Part shown: positions 13,359 through 25,434 of the stretch, in pieces
Layout: each line of letters opens with the position of its first letter
Numbering within the stretch: the stretch's first letter is position 1
Assembly: GCA_965649825.1 (NCBI GenBank)
Contig: OZ287694.1
Location: forward strand, 1,611,197-1,675,196
Reading direction: 5' to 3'
Origin: Penicillus capitatus
Taxonomy: Eukaryota; Plantae; Chlorophyta
DNA length: 64,000 nucleotides
The notes under the pieces: generated by a model
Databases searched by the model: none
Told to the model about the DNA's origin: nothing
The model's input: only the letters and a program-made list of their open reading frames with translations
Program-made: the position numbers and the translations under genes

Positions 13359-15901
13359 TCATTCGGCAGATGTGCCAGCTGGATTCTGTCTTTGAACTTG
13401 GTCGATGGAGGTCTCCAGCTTGCTCATTCTCTCCTCCATGCTTTTCTTCCAGCCTTCCATTTCGTCCAGTTGACGTGCCATTTTCTCAACCAGGGATGCA
13501 GTTGCCAAACACGGGGCCATCAGTTTTTCTATCCTCTCAGAGTGAACGCTGAGTTGTTTGCCAATGTTGTCAACAAGACTCTGTTTGGTCTTCAGCGCCT
13601 CCTTCTTGACGACTTTCTCGAGTTCCACAAGCCTGCCTTGCCATTCTTTGTTGGGCGACGCTCCGTCGATGTCGTTTTCCAGTGTCAAATAATGGAAGAC
13701 TCTTCCAGTCATTGAGTGGGCGAGGAAGTCAGCAGAGCAGAAGTCTCCATTCCTCCGGATGAGTTTACCGAAGTTGGAAACAAAAATCTCATCCGTCCTT
13801 TGAGCCAAACAGATTTCGTGAGCAAATGTTAAAGCCTGATGATGCACTTACTGGTTTCTGCGTCCAGTAAGGAAAAATCTCAGCGAAGTTTGAAAGCCGG
13901 AGATAAGCTTCATCTGTCGCTTTTTCAGTTCCGCTCCCTCCCTCGATCGAACTCTGTCATACGTATCCGTCAACACAGCGACCAGCAGGCTCATGAGTAC
14001 AATCCCGCTGATATAAATGAAGGAACTGAACAGCAGTGATCTCCAGACAGAGAGGAAACCACTCGAAGAACGGAGCATCTGTCAGGCAGACATGTCAGTT
14101 AGAATGGGAGTCGATAGTAGGGAGGCACTCAACCACACCTCTCCTTCAAAGCTCCCGACAGAGGCATGGAAGAGAGTCTCGAGGGCTCGCGGAAGAGAAT
14201 CGAACAGCTTTTCCTCGTCGTTGACGAATTCTTCGTCGAAGAGCACCAGGAATGCTGTCGAGTAGCCAAGCATCAGGAACAGTCCCATCAGAAGAAAAGG
14301 CAGAGAATCTGATAGAGCATACTGGACCATCGTCAAGAATGGACCTGTCCTCCTGAACGCCCGGAAAAACCGAAAAATCTGAACAATCCCGAACAAGCTG
14401 TCAATACTCAGAAGAAATATTCGATGGAGAGTACCCGCATCCAATGGAGGATGCATAAAAAGGATGTCTGGAAAGCAGTGGCAGTGTTCTGATGGTCGAT
14501 GAGACAGATTTGTGGCAAGAGCACAAGTGTGAGCAGCAAAGTGCCAAACCTAAAGCAATCGACACGTTGCTACTCGATTCACTGTTACTGATCTTCTACC
14601 TCAGAACCGACGTCCGATAGTACAGTCCAATGGCATGCGATAAGAGCGATATGGACATCAGCACGATGGAAGTGGCATGATTGGACCCGTCTCCGTGTCT
14701 AAAAACCAGGGCAAAGCCTGTGAAGGTTGAGGTGGCCAACATATCGAGAACGAAGACTGTTATAAACAAAGAAAGATATGTCTGAACCCAGAAGAATGTA
14801 AGCACTCTCAGCGTCTCGGATTCGTAAATCTTGACTGGACTGTTGGAACGAGTGAGGACATTTGCAAGAGTCTCACTATCCCACCTATACACAGAGGAGT
14901 ATTAACATAAGAGATGATCTTCGAGCTTCTACCCTGTTTCTGTTTGGCTTCCGCTGTAGCTAATGCAGAAGAACTTTGCAGCGGCCGCTACTTGTGTGTC
15001 CATGGATTGCATACTAGCTACAGTCGTGCTACCCGCGAGCATTCCACAGCCTTTCCTTCCTCTCCGATTTTCGAACAAGGGAAACCAAAACATCTTTGCT
15101 TCATCGCGGTTCGCAGTGTTCCAATCCTTTAATCCGTAATCGGTGAACAATCCAGCCAGGTACCCACTCTTGATACGACACGGAATCTGGGGCACTCGGA
15201 ATCTGGCGTATTCAAAGGTGAACTTATCCTTGTGCAAGTAATCCCACATAAGGTCCGGATACATTCGGACGAGCTTGCGGAAATGCAGGTTCAGAAGGTA
15301 GCACGTTTCTCTGAGGGAAGTGAATCTCTCCAGCAATTTGTCCAGAATGAATTTGACATCTTCTACGGAATTCTTCTTCATAGCCCACGATAGAAGATCC
15401 TCGTGTCCGCTCCTAAATGTCAACAGAGTTCCTTTTTCTTTTGCAAACTGGAGAAGCTCCGTCGCGGCATCGTGGTTCTCGGTCTTAATCAAACGCCAAA
15501 CAAGTGGCTTATTCGTCATGTCGACGGCACTGAAGATGCGGTCTCCATGCTCGGAAATCGCTCTGTCCATTGAACAAACATAGCATTAGGTTCGTTAAGA
15601 AAGCCAAACGCTGTTCACCGTCTCGTTTTCTCAATCGTCCACTTCCAAGGCTCTTTAAAAACGAGTGTCTTTTCGTCGCTGACGGAGCCATCATGGTGTT
15701 CTAGACAAACACAGACCGCTTAGTAGCACCATGCCACGTGAGAAGGAAGAGACAGCTAGTTTGTTAGTCACCCGTTGTCGGTCCTCTTGTTGCGAGATGC
15801 GTCGTCTCAAGATCCTCGTCGCCGTCATCCTCGTGCGCGTGAAGCGGCTGCATCATGTCTTCGTTGTCTTCTCGAATTTCGCTTCTGCCGTATGGAAACA
15901 T
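13359..15901 (-). CDS. TRP-like ankyrin/6TM cation channel (TRP-3)
   Basis: LLSWAMKK, FTFEYARFRVP, AAAKFFC, IYESETLR, TGPFLTMVQYALSD, pore ETLFHASVGSFEGE, S6 LMSLLVAVLTDTYDRV, FHYLTL and EWQGR coiled-coil tail. Confidence 0.85.
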
Positions 15902-16920
15902 CTTGTCAGACGACGTCACCCGTCGTATCGAAGTGGTTCCAGAAGGAAAGGTGGAATACAGCTCGCGCGTCTCGTCGACGGTTCGCGCAAGCGCCTCCTC
16001 ACGAAATCAGGCTGTCGTCCGGTTGCTATCTGTTGTAAGGCGGCAAATGTTAGGTTTTACAAGGCAGACTCTCGCGTCCGTCTGATCGTCTTAGATGCAT
16101 GCAGACAGATTAAGGCAGATCACTTCCATTGACAGACGTTGATGCTTTGTTTGTCATGAAGTCCAGATGCATGAATCTCCAGGCGAGCTTCCAGCAAAAC
16201 CTGGCTGCACACTCCCAGTCGTTCAAAATACCACCAATTGACTCGCAATTGCAGTTTTTTCGGACAGGGATTATATGTTTCGTCGCGTGTAAATGTATTG
16301 CCACGGACAGTTTGTTTTCTCCGAGGTTTGAACCTCATGTCGCGTTTTCGTCTTTCGAATGCTGCACAGAGGACGGGACAGTCGACAAGAACGTTAAAGA
16401 GAGGATCGATGGTGATGGTAGTCATTCATCTAAGAGTGAGGACGCAGAAGATGAGCAGCCCTCGAACAGTTCGCACATCTCAATCGCATTCGAGCGACAA
16501 TGCCGTTGTACAGTTATCACACCAGAAGAGAATGATGAAAGGAACAGCTATTAAAAAGCGTAAAAAGACGATCTGGGGGAAGCTTAAAAACGAGATCTGC
16601 TCTATGTTCTGGATTCAAAAACAGTAAAAGGCGTACGGCATTGCCGTGCATCATGGCCCAAGCACAGTCGGGACGCTGATGTGTCTTCATATGTAGAATC
16701 TTGCAGACGGTTCTTCAAGTTGATCTCGAAGCGAGGGAGGCCATACCATGCTGGACTGACATACTCATGTCCGCAGATACACTCTCCCACTCTCAGAGAT
16801 GTGTCGACGCTCAGAGTCGGTCGGATCTCGACCCACCTTGGAACAAAGCTGTGTCGCGTCGACCGCAGCGCCACGAACCTATCCCAGCAGGTGTCTCTGG
16901 TATTCTTAAGTGAGAGCACC

Positions 16921-17390
16921 TCAGTACTCTTTCGTGTCGGCGCAGTTCCTGAGGTAGTACTTAAAGTTGTTCTCGCTGCCGAGGATGATCAGGGAAGTGG
17001 AGAAGGGTAACATGAAACTCCTGCGGCATCGAGGGGAGATGGTCCAGAACGGGACCTTGCTGGGAATCATGTCTCTTGCGCCGTCCACCTGCCATGTCCT
17101 GTCTGTGTATCCGCGAGGACCCACATTGGTCGAGTACATTGTGATGCCCAGAACTTCGTCGCATCGGTTAGAGATGACAACGACTGTCCCCCAAAAACAG
17201 TGAAGACATCAGCCAGCGATAGAAAAGGCGATGCAGTCGTACACCGCATACGGCACCACTGTCCACCATCTCTGCGTCCTCTGAATGCCATTCCCTGCAT
17301 CGACGCGTTATACAAAGTGTGCGCTGCAGATCGGATAAACGGGGATGCACCTGTATGTGGCAACAACGATGTCGACGCCGACGACAAGGA
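16921..17390 (-). CDS. Hypothetical multi-exon protein
   Basis: Two GT-AG introns join open exons AILVVGVDIVVATYR|EWHSEDAEMVDS|VVVISNRCDEV...KEY*. The start is not resolved and no family is recognised. Confidence 0.3.
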
Positions 17391-18252
17391 TTGCTCTGCA
17401 GGAACACAGCGTTCACCGAGGACGACGCGTGAATCGCACCGCAGGCGTTCATTGGACGGTCTTCGGCAAAGGGGGGCGGTCCAAAGAATCGGTTCGTCTG
17501 AAGCTTTGTGCGAACAGGTAGCGGCCGTCTTCGATGATGTGACAGCTTGAACAGTCTGTCGCATTGAGCTTCAGAAGACGACGCACTGGTCGACTTCTTG
17601 GTCGCCCATCATGTTTGAGTGTTCTCAGAAGATGCATTATGGACGTTGTCACATGGAGATTTGCAGCCGACTGTGGCTTATTGAAGTTCGGAACTGGTAC
17701 ATCGAAACGGCAAAAGAACATGCGACGCCGTCCGAGTTGTGGCCACCGGACTTACGCCATTAGCGCGTATGACGCATCTGGACGGAGGGAGTTTCTCTCG
17801 AAGGCAATATTGAATAGCGTTCATGACATTCGAGGAGCATGGTACTGTGACCTTGAAGGCCATCTTCGACAGAATGAGTGACATCACACTTACGCGCACC
17901 GCGAATGACGTCATTCATCAACTGTCAGTGGGTATTAACCTCGTCAGTCTTTATTGAATGGATGATGTCAACGGATCGATACTCGCTGCCGATACTGCTC
18001 ACGAATTCACAGGAACTTCGAATCGGAGAGCAGTGAACGATGTCCGGTCTGCTGCCTAGTTTCGTATGCGAACGCTGCGGTTACATAAACATCAGATCGA
18101 AAGCGTTTTGTTGAAGTGTTCCCAAGATCCCGGCTACGGAGTTGCACGTCCAGTGCAATTGATAAGCCTGCCGCCCAACGACTAGTGCAGGAATCCCAGA
18201 AAACGTTCACTGACAGGTGCAGCTTTGCTTATGTGTCTGCTCTCCATCCTTA

Positions 18253-19477
18253 TCAGATCCTTGTCTGCGTTCCTTGGAAGAGAATAGTCCCGTCTGCTTC
18301 GTCCACAATGAAATACAGAAAAGGACGGTCGACAATGATGTTGAACGGAGGAGGAGGAGGAGGAGGAGGACGAAGACAGCAAGTCTCTAAAACAGGGCCC
18401 ATGACTGTCACCGCTGTCGCTTTTGTGCCCTGCGAGCAACTTCACTCAGCATTGAGGTCGCAGAATATCTCACTTGACCTTTTCGTCCACAATGATCTTG
18501 GCCTTGTGAATGACTTCAGAGATCTTCAACGGTGCATCCCGTGTGATTCCAGTGAAATCCGCCTCTAACGAGAAGGCATCCGACAAGCCGAGCTTAACAA
18601 GCATGTCTTTCAGAGGCTTTAGCGTCAGCTCCATTTCCCACTTGGGCACTTTGAGAAGGTCGACGTTCCGCTCGACGAATCCGCCGCCAAACAGTGAGCC
18701 GATGTGATCCGAGAGACCCTCTTCCGCTGTCTTCCATCCGTCGCGCTTGTTCGGCAGCAGGACGTACATCGTGAATGCACCGCCCTCGTACGGCATGGCA
18801 AACAGAAGGGCGTCCAACGCAGGCACATCCTTGACGCGAAAGCTTTTATGATATTTGAACATGAAGGGCATTCTCTGGTCGCCGCCGACTGCGTGGAAGG
18901 TGGCGTCTCTTGTGTTCTCGACAGGGAAACACCTCTTCCAGTTACCCTTGAAGTAGAGGGCGTTGATGGCGACGAGGACCGTTTCGTGGGAGAGGACGCC
19001 GGCAGGAACGAGATTCGAAATCAAGCCCGCCGTTTTCGAAGTGACCCATGCGTTGATTCGAACGCGGACGTCTTCGGCGGCTCGAACGAAATCCGCCAAT
19101 CCAATGTTGTCCGACCCGACGCTCGCCACGTAGGCGTCCTCGAGGGTCAGAGACTCTTCGACGTAGATGCGGTTCGCCATCTTCGCCACGGAGTCGCCGG
19201 AGTACTTCGTCAGCTTGGACATGAGGTCGCTTCTGACGCGTTCATCCTAGACACAAGTGTTCACTAGACACTCGTACGGCAGGAAAAGCGTACGTACATC
19301 AAAGTTGAATAGCGTCTCGAGTTCGGTCTTGGTTTTGCCTCGAGCGCCGTTGTGGGCGAGGAGGAAGCATGCAGATATAGACAAGGGAGAGAAGATAAGG
19401 TTTTCGCCGACGTGATGCTGTCGCCATTCTGACAGGAGCTTCTGCCCGAAGACGTTCACCGCATTCGTCGTCGTCAT
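18253..19477 (-). CDS. Serpin (copy 2), 3 exons
   Basis: NLIFSPLSIS, INALYFKGNW, KVPKWEMEL, HKAKIIVDEK|GTKATAVT and DRPFLYFI. Intron positions are identical to copies 1 and 3. Confidence 0.95.
18346..18369 (-). repeat. (CCT)7-CCG microsatellite encoding 8 prolines after the serpin-2 reactive loop
   Basis: Plus strand reads cgg followed by 7 agg units. Confidence 0.9.
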
Positions 19478-19615
19478 GGTAAAAACGATTTGCCGCAGAT
19501 ATCCACGAACGTGTTCTTCCTGCGCGAATTCGGTGGAGATCCAGTCGCGGAACGAATGGCTGCAAATGGCTGACGAGGATGGATAACCTCTGAGACAGGT
19601 AATTTTGTAGTCCGG

Positions 19616-19638
19616 TTCTGACGTGACCCGGAAGCTAG
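19616..19638 (-). promoter_or_regulatory. Candidate conserved serpin upstream element (identical at 28151-28173, degenerate at 1999-2021)
   Basis: TTCTGACGTGACCCGGAAGCTAG is identical upstream of serpins 2 and 3, about 100-140 bp from the ATG, and contains an ACGT core. A regulatory role is inference only. Confidence 0.3.
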
Positions 19639-21362
19639 CATGTCTCCCGCGCGTTGTTACAGTGTAGTCGTCTGTCAGCTGTCCTCCATCTCTACAGCAA
19701 CAGACGCAGAGCATAACAACTGCTCTTCCTCGAGGTCTTCTTATTTATTCCCATTCGCATCGAACGACAGCAGCACATGTGCAGTCAAACTTGGAAACCT
19801 ACATGTCCCGTCCACTGTAAAAGACAGAAGGGCCGAAGCCGCTGCCAGAGTTTCTTTCGCCTTGACTGTCGATGGCGTTCGGCCACAAGCATCGTAACAC
19901 CTCGTTTCGCACTGCCTGCCCCAGTGTGGGGTGTAAGAAGGCAGAATATGCAGACGAATTGCAGAACCCGTTTACGGAGAATGCCTTTGTGCTTCTGTGG
20001 CGGACGAACTGTGAACGAAAGCGGGTTTTTCGCATGGGGTCTGGCAGCGATTGCTTACACAGAGCAAGCATCACGACGAGGCAGTGATTCGCGGATGGGG
20101 AGGTCGACTTGTGCGGCGTGTCTATTCTCATAGTCTTCGAGCGAAGTCTATCGCTCACTGCGAATTGACGCCTAAGTTAAATGCAAAGAGGACGATGGTC
20201 TTGCCACTACTTCAGGAATCGAATATCATGTGGGCTTAGTGTCCATGGGCCAACCTCGGCACCTACGGCGGTCATAGCATAATCCAGCGTCACTATACCG
20301 GATTCTGTCCCTCCGAAGGCTACAAGTCGCCTTTCCTCTTCGCGAGGACTGCGGCGCAGGTGAGATCATCGACACACGAGAGGGCGACTGGATATTCACT
20401 CTTCTTAGTTTAGAGGTCTGGTAGGGAAATGTGTTAAACGAAGGGGTCTTTAGTCTTAGTGTCGTGTTGAGGTCAGCCATGACCCAAATAATATCTCGCT
20501 CGTGTCGGTATTCCTGGTATGGTCTCTAAGGGATGGCTATAGAAGAGCCGTTTGCCATCTTCTTCCAATGCAGCGTTATGGGAGTAATAATCATTAAACA
20601 GACGTCGCATCGTGCGTTCAAGGTCCACGTTCAACCTCGCACAATGAATCATTTCAAGACTCATGAGCTAAGGGCCAGATCTCCGAAGAAGAACAGTTTT
20701 ATCACATACCTCCACGATCAAACTCGTCAAAAGTCATGCGGCAGATCTTCAACCTTGTTGTACGTCTTGTGTCCAAACAGTTGCGTGTGCTCCAAAGTGA
20801 ATACGGTGTTTCTGGCCGTCGAGTACACATCGAGGCTGTTCAGCCGACCAAGCCGGAGCCTTATTCCATCACCGCGCATGGATTCTAGACTTCTTGTGTG
20901 TAAGGTTGGTTCTACGAATAACGTCAGCAACCATTGTTCCAAACGACCTTTACCATGCGTGAATTACCGGGCACCACTTCCAGCTTCACATGACGCCGCG
21001 ACGACTGCAATCTTCTCCTCGAATGGCCTTCCGCTCAAATGTTTCCGCTGCGGATAGACCCTCACGCCTTTGGAAGGTTCTGAGGTTGACTGCGCATAGA
21101 TAATGTATAAGCCGCACTTGATGGTATCATCGAACGCTGTTGATGTGAACCCATCCTATGTCAAATTAATGAACACCGTATTATCATCAGTGTTTTAAGA
21201 GCAGATTGGCACCATCGTGAATTTTGGACCTTGGAGTTTTACAGACATACCCTTTCTAGTCAGACAAACCACAAAACGGCACAGGACGTCCGTTCTGTCG
21301 AATAACATACAGAAACAAATCCAACAGCTGAATCTGTTGTGTATGCAGCGATCGCTTAGAAG

Positions 21363-22784
21363 CTACGCCGCAGAAGTCGAATCTTCCCCGAGAAAACGCA
21401 CTTCACTCTCTCTTCCCGTGTCCTTCTTCAAAAGCGGATCCTTCATGTTTATCATGATGAGGGCAATGACCAGAGAGAACCCTCCAAACATCGAAATCGC
21501 GATATCGGATCCTAAACGATCCATCGCCCTACCGAAGATCATCGGAAAGACAATGGCGCCAACCGTCGCCACTGTATTACACATAGAGGCTGCAACGGAA
21601 TGAATGGATGCGTCGCATGAAGTGATGACAAGCCCTATGATGAATGGAAAGACGACATACCCAGAAGTGATAGCACAGGTCAACAGTAAGAAGCCCAGAA
21701 TAAAAAACGTATGCTGTGCCCCGATCCAAAAGATCATCATCAATCCGCCGATAGTGCAAATGATGGCGGCGACTCGCGTTCGATGACGCACGACGAAGCG
21801 GCGTATCAGTAAGCAGGAGATCCCGGAAACGAAAAAGGGGATGGCAGTAAGAAGAATAGCCAATGCTGCGTTGGCATGCTCAGAACCGCACGTGTCTGAG
21901 TCTTCGTCATCGTCGTCATCTTCCCCGTAAAGGATGTCTTGAATGATCAGCGTCGCCCAGAACATGAGGACGCTGTTGACGCCGAAGTTGATCAGAGCGC
22001 AGAGTGTGAACATCCACCACGATCTATTCGTAACGACGCGCTTCATTTCCTCCCAGAACGGCAGATTGCCATCGATGTCATGCTTCCCCTGCTTCGCAGC
22101 AAGCCACTCCTTCTCCTCGGCTTCCAAAAATGAAGCCGTCTCGGGTGTCGATGGAAAAAACAGGTAGAGGACGATTGCGTACAGCATGGGCATGATGCCC
22201 TCGACGACAAAGAGCAAACGCCATCCCTCGACGTGGACATAGGGTCCGAGGCTCAGCAGACCTGCAGAGAGAGGGGCCGAAAGGGGCATGGAAAACGTAA
22301 CGGCCGAGGTAACGATACTGCATGCGTTTGTAACGTGGTCTGGTGGGTAAAACATAGGGATCGTGTACCATATTGCCGGAAACGTCCCGCCCTCGGCAAC
22401 TCCCAAAACGAAACGCAGAACATAAAACTGGGTGGTGTTCTGAATGAACCCAAGTGCTGCAGCGACGCAGCCCCAAGCAAAAAGGAGAAAAGAAATCCAT
22501 GCTGGAGGGCCGAAGCGCTTAAGCATGACATTACCTGCCACTTGTGACAGCAGGTAGCCAGCGTAGAACAGACTGACGCCGTTGCCGTACTCCTCGTTCG
22601 TGAGGTTCAATTCTTGACAGAGGTCATTGGCCGCGTAGCCAATGTTGCTGCGGTCGACGTAAGACAAAAAGGCGACGCCGGTTAGGAAAAGAAGAAAACG
22701 ACGGTCGAGCTTCCGAACGGTCGAACGAGCGACGTCCTCTGCGAGAGGAACGTAAGGGACGGGCGAACTCGTCGGCAACTGCAT
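21363..22784 (-). CDS. Major facilitator superfamily transporter, anion:cation symporter (tartrate/nicotinate permease-like), intronless
   Basis: 473-aa ORF with about 12 hydrophobic segments and the motifs LDRR..L, YVDRSNIG, RFVLGVAEGG.FP, EGWRLLFVVEG, FL...EK.W. Confidence 0.93.
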   Translation of the reverse strand: MQLPTSSPVPYVPLAEDVARSTVRKLDRRFLLFLTGVAFLSYVDRSNIGYAANDLCQELNLTNEEYGNGVSLFYAGYLLSQVAGNVMLKRFGPPAWISFLLFAWGCVAAALGFIQNTTQFYVLRFVLGVAEGGTFPAIWYTIPMFYPPDHVTNACSIVTSAVTFSMPLSAPLSAGLLSLGPYVHVEGWRLLFVVEGIMPMLYAIVLYLFFPSTPETASFLEAEEKEWLAAKQGKHDIDGNLPFWEEMKRVVTNRSWWMFTLCALINFGVNSVLMFWATLIIQDILYGEDDDDDEDSDTCGSEHANAALAILLTAIPFFVSGISCLLIRRFVVRHRTRVAAIICTIGGLMMIFWIGAQHTFFILGFLLLTCAITSGYVVFPFIIGLVITSCDASIHSVAASMCNTVATVGAIVFPMIFGRAMDRLGSDIAISMFGGFSLVIALIMINMKDPLLKKDTGRESEVRFLGEDSTSAA

Positions 22785-23963
22785 CGGCGAATACCCTAAT
22801 GGAAAGAAAGATGACGCATCTCATCAGAATCTTCGAAGGCGTAGACGGTGAAAGTAAAAGGTCCTGTCACAACGAGGACAGAGTTGGTGGCCTCTCGACG
22901 CCGTCACTGATGCGACAGAGCAAGCGTCGCGACTATACGTCGTGTACAAACGCATGATGTTCTCGGAAAAACGACCGAGTAGGAGTTCGTTCGCTCTACG
23001 ACCGAGAGGATCCCGAGTGCGACAAAGATACTATCGTCGTAAAGGGGATGAGTTCGGGCAAAGGGTGACCCGAGACAAGTATAACGAATTTAACAAGTGA
23101 ATCCAGTCTTCGATGTGACTGCGAGGCTAACAAGTGCCCCCAATTGGTGTGTGCTGAAGGCAGCAGATGCCTATACGATGCTATCATAAAGATGCTCGTT
23201 CTGCGATTTCTGGGTCATACAGGCCTTTTCCGTTTAGCGGTACAGAGTCTGCAAGATTGCCCGTGATGTTTTGGATGTGCATTAGAGCTCAGCTCAAAGA
23301 CAGATTCACCGACACAATGGACAGATGCGGGATTCGATTTGCCATTCCTTCTGATGGTGTCGATGATGTACTTCTCCCAGACGGAAGTGGAATGGAACCA
23401 ATCCGAAGAGATGCTGTACAGATGACGGCGGTTAGATCACAGTTTAGAGAAATGCTGTTGCAGCGTCGTTGCCGTCTGCATTCCCGAAACACATCGGGAT
23501 ACTCATTCTACACGAACAGATTGGAAAACGCCAAGTGACCCATTCTTAGCCATGTGCCTGTTCTGAGTTCTTGGAAAGGTTTTCTTTTGTGTCCTGGGAA
23601 CATTGAAGCATGTCTGCCCCTGTCACATCGCTCCGTACAAGGATTATTTCTCCGGACTTCTGTAAATCTTCAAAAGTCTAATGCCGTTCATTTGTTCGTG
23701 AATGTTTCCATGTCTGACGAAAGCGCAATCTGTAATACGGGTTCTTCAAGTGACCTTTGTCAATTGCCTTACAACACGAATATGTGAAACGCCTCGTCAA
23801 GCTCCTGCGTATACAACGAATGAACAACATTTCCCCACCCGTCACCGACACGTTCGATTCGGTATCCGTAGACATTTGATGCAAGGCACTCTGTAACTTA
23901 CACAGCCTTCAAGCAACAACATATCGCTCCACGGGCGAATCCGAAGAGTTCTGAACATAGAGC

Positions 23964-25278
23964 GTGCGTTCGCAGCGACTCTCGCAGAATTCTTCGCGAA
24001 GGATGATCTCTATCAATCCTGAGGTGAGGCGCATAGATGATCTCTTTTCGTCCGTCCTTAGGTTTGTATACAGGATCACGACGTTCATCGTCGAGGCCAT
24101 GCTCTTCGCACACACATGCATCACGGGCCATCGTTCTGAATTTTTTGCTATTACGACGTCTGTTGGATGCATCGTCTGCTGGCTCGTGGTAAGATTCATC
24201 TGAAGTTCTTTCTCGTACTCTCTTCGGTCACGCGATTTCTTGTATGTGGATTAGTTCTTTCGGACCCTTCGACCATTCGGCCGATTGGGACCGTTCGTTT
24301 CGATGGTGGGCTATGCAATGAAGGACTCACTGCCTTTCGCGAGGATGGGATTGTTACTGGTGATTGGATATTCCGCAGCGTTCATGGTTCTCTTTAACGA
24401 TGAATCTGGCGGCGGAGACTACTTTGATACGTTTCCACGTTCGTTAGAGACACTGTTCCATGCCGGTCTTGGAAACTTTAGAACAGACGTAAGTTTTTTT
24501 CAAAGTTACAGCTCTTCTGTCACCATTCAGCGAAGTTTTCCCGGTGCAGATGCTTCGCCCTGCTGGTGACTTTCTCTCAGTCTGGAGGGTTTTGCTGTTC
24601 AATTCCTTCATCTACGTCGGACCGATTGTTCTCATGAGTCTGCTTGTTTCTATCTTGACCGATACACATGACAGAGTCCGGTCAAAGGAGAAGGTAGAAC
24701 AGTCAATGCATCGACTACAAGCAACGTACAGCTGCATTCTCCTTGCTGCGTACGTTGCGAAGTAAAACTATTCAAAATTGAAAGGGGAAGTTGTGGTCTA
24801 CGAATATGTTCTGGTTTATAGGTTATATTCGATTTACAGTGAGGATAGAGACCCTTTCAGTTCACGGGGGTCTAGACTCGCAGAAATTAGCTTGGCGGGG
24901 AACAGTTTCTTCCATTTCCTGGTTCCCGAAGATACCGAAGGAGAGTCTTCTGACGACGAATGGCATGGCAGACTCATCGCACTCGAAAGAACTATCAAGT
25001 CCGTAGCAGAAAAGAACGAGAAAGCTTTCGAAGGTCAACTCATTATCCAAAGACAAAGTTCTGTCAATCGACTTCGTGTTACTTAGAGATCAGTAAGAAA
25101 ACGACGGACGAGTTTGTTACAATGTTCAACAGAATGAGAAACTTGGAAGAGAGCACGAGTGATATGAAAACACTGTCGACAAGAATGGGTAATATGGAAA
25201 GAAACATGGATGAGATGAAAAAGCGCCGTTGACCAGATCCTTCAGAAACTCGCCAGATTGGAGCCTTCTTCAGCGTGA
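23964..25278 (+). CDS. TRP-like channel (TRP-4), transmembrane half; 5' part degenerate or unresolved, possible pseudogene
   Basis: S4 TSVGCIVCWL, GPFVSMVGYAMKD, pore ETLFHAGLGNFRTD, S6 LMSLLVSILTDTHDRV, FFHFLVP, EWHGR. A +1 slip in an A-run near 25220 separates the paralogue-like end DQILQKLARLEPSSA*. Confidence 0.7.
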
Positions 25279-25434
25279 GCGACTGCTAAGAATGCAAATC
25301 AACCTGCTTTGCAGCAACATATCTCACTTTTCATTTTGTTTCCCTTTATCAAGAGGTATGCATGTCTAACGGGAGGTTGTTGCTGATACTTTCGATGGCA
25401 TTTTGGTATTCCATGCCGACGGTGGCTGCGGAAG

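Noticed and set aside
20200-21060. Short minus-strand ORFs as a gene or viral fragment
   Set aside because: They could not be joined by splice sites and show no motif.
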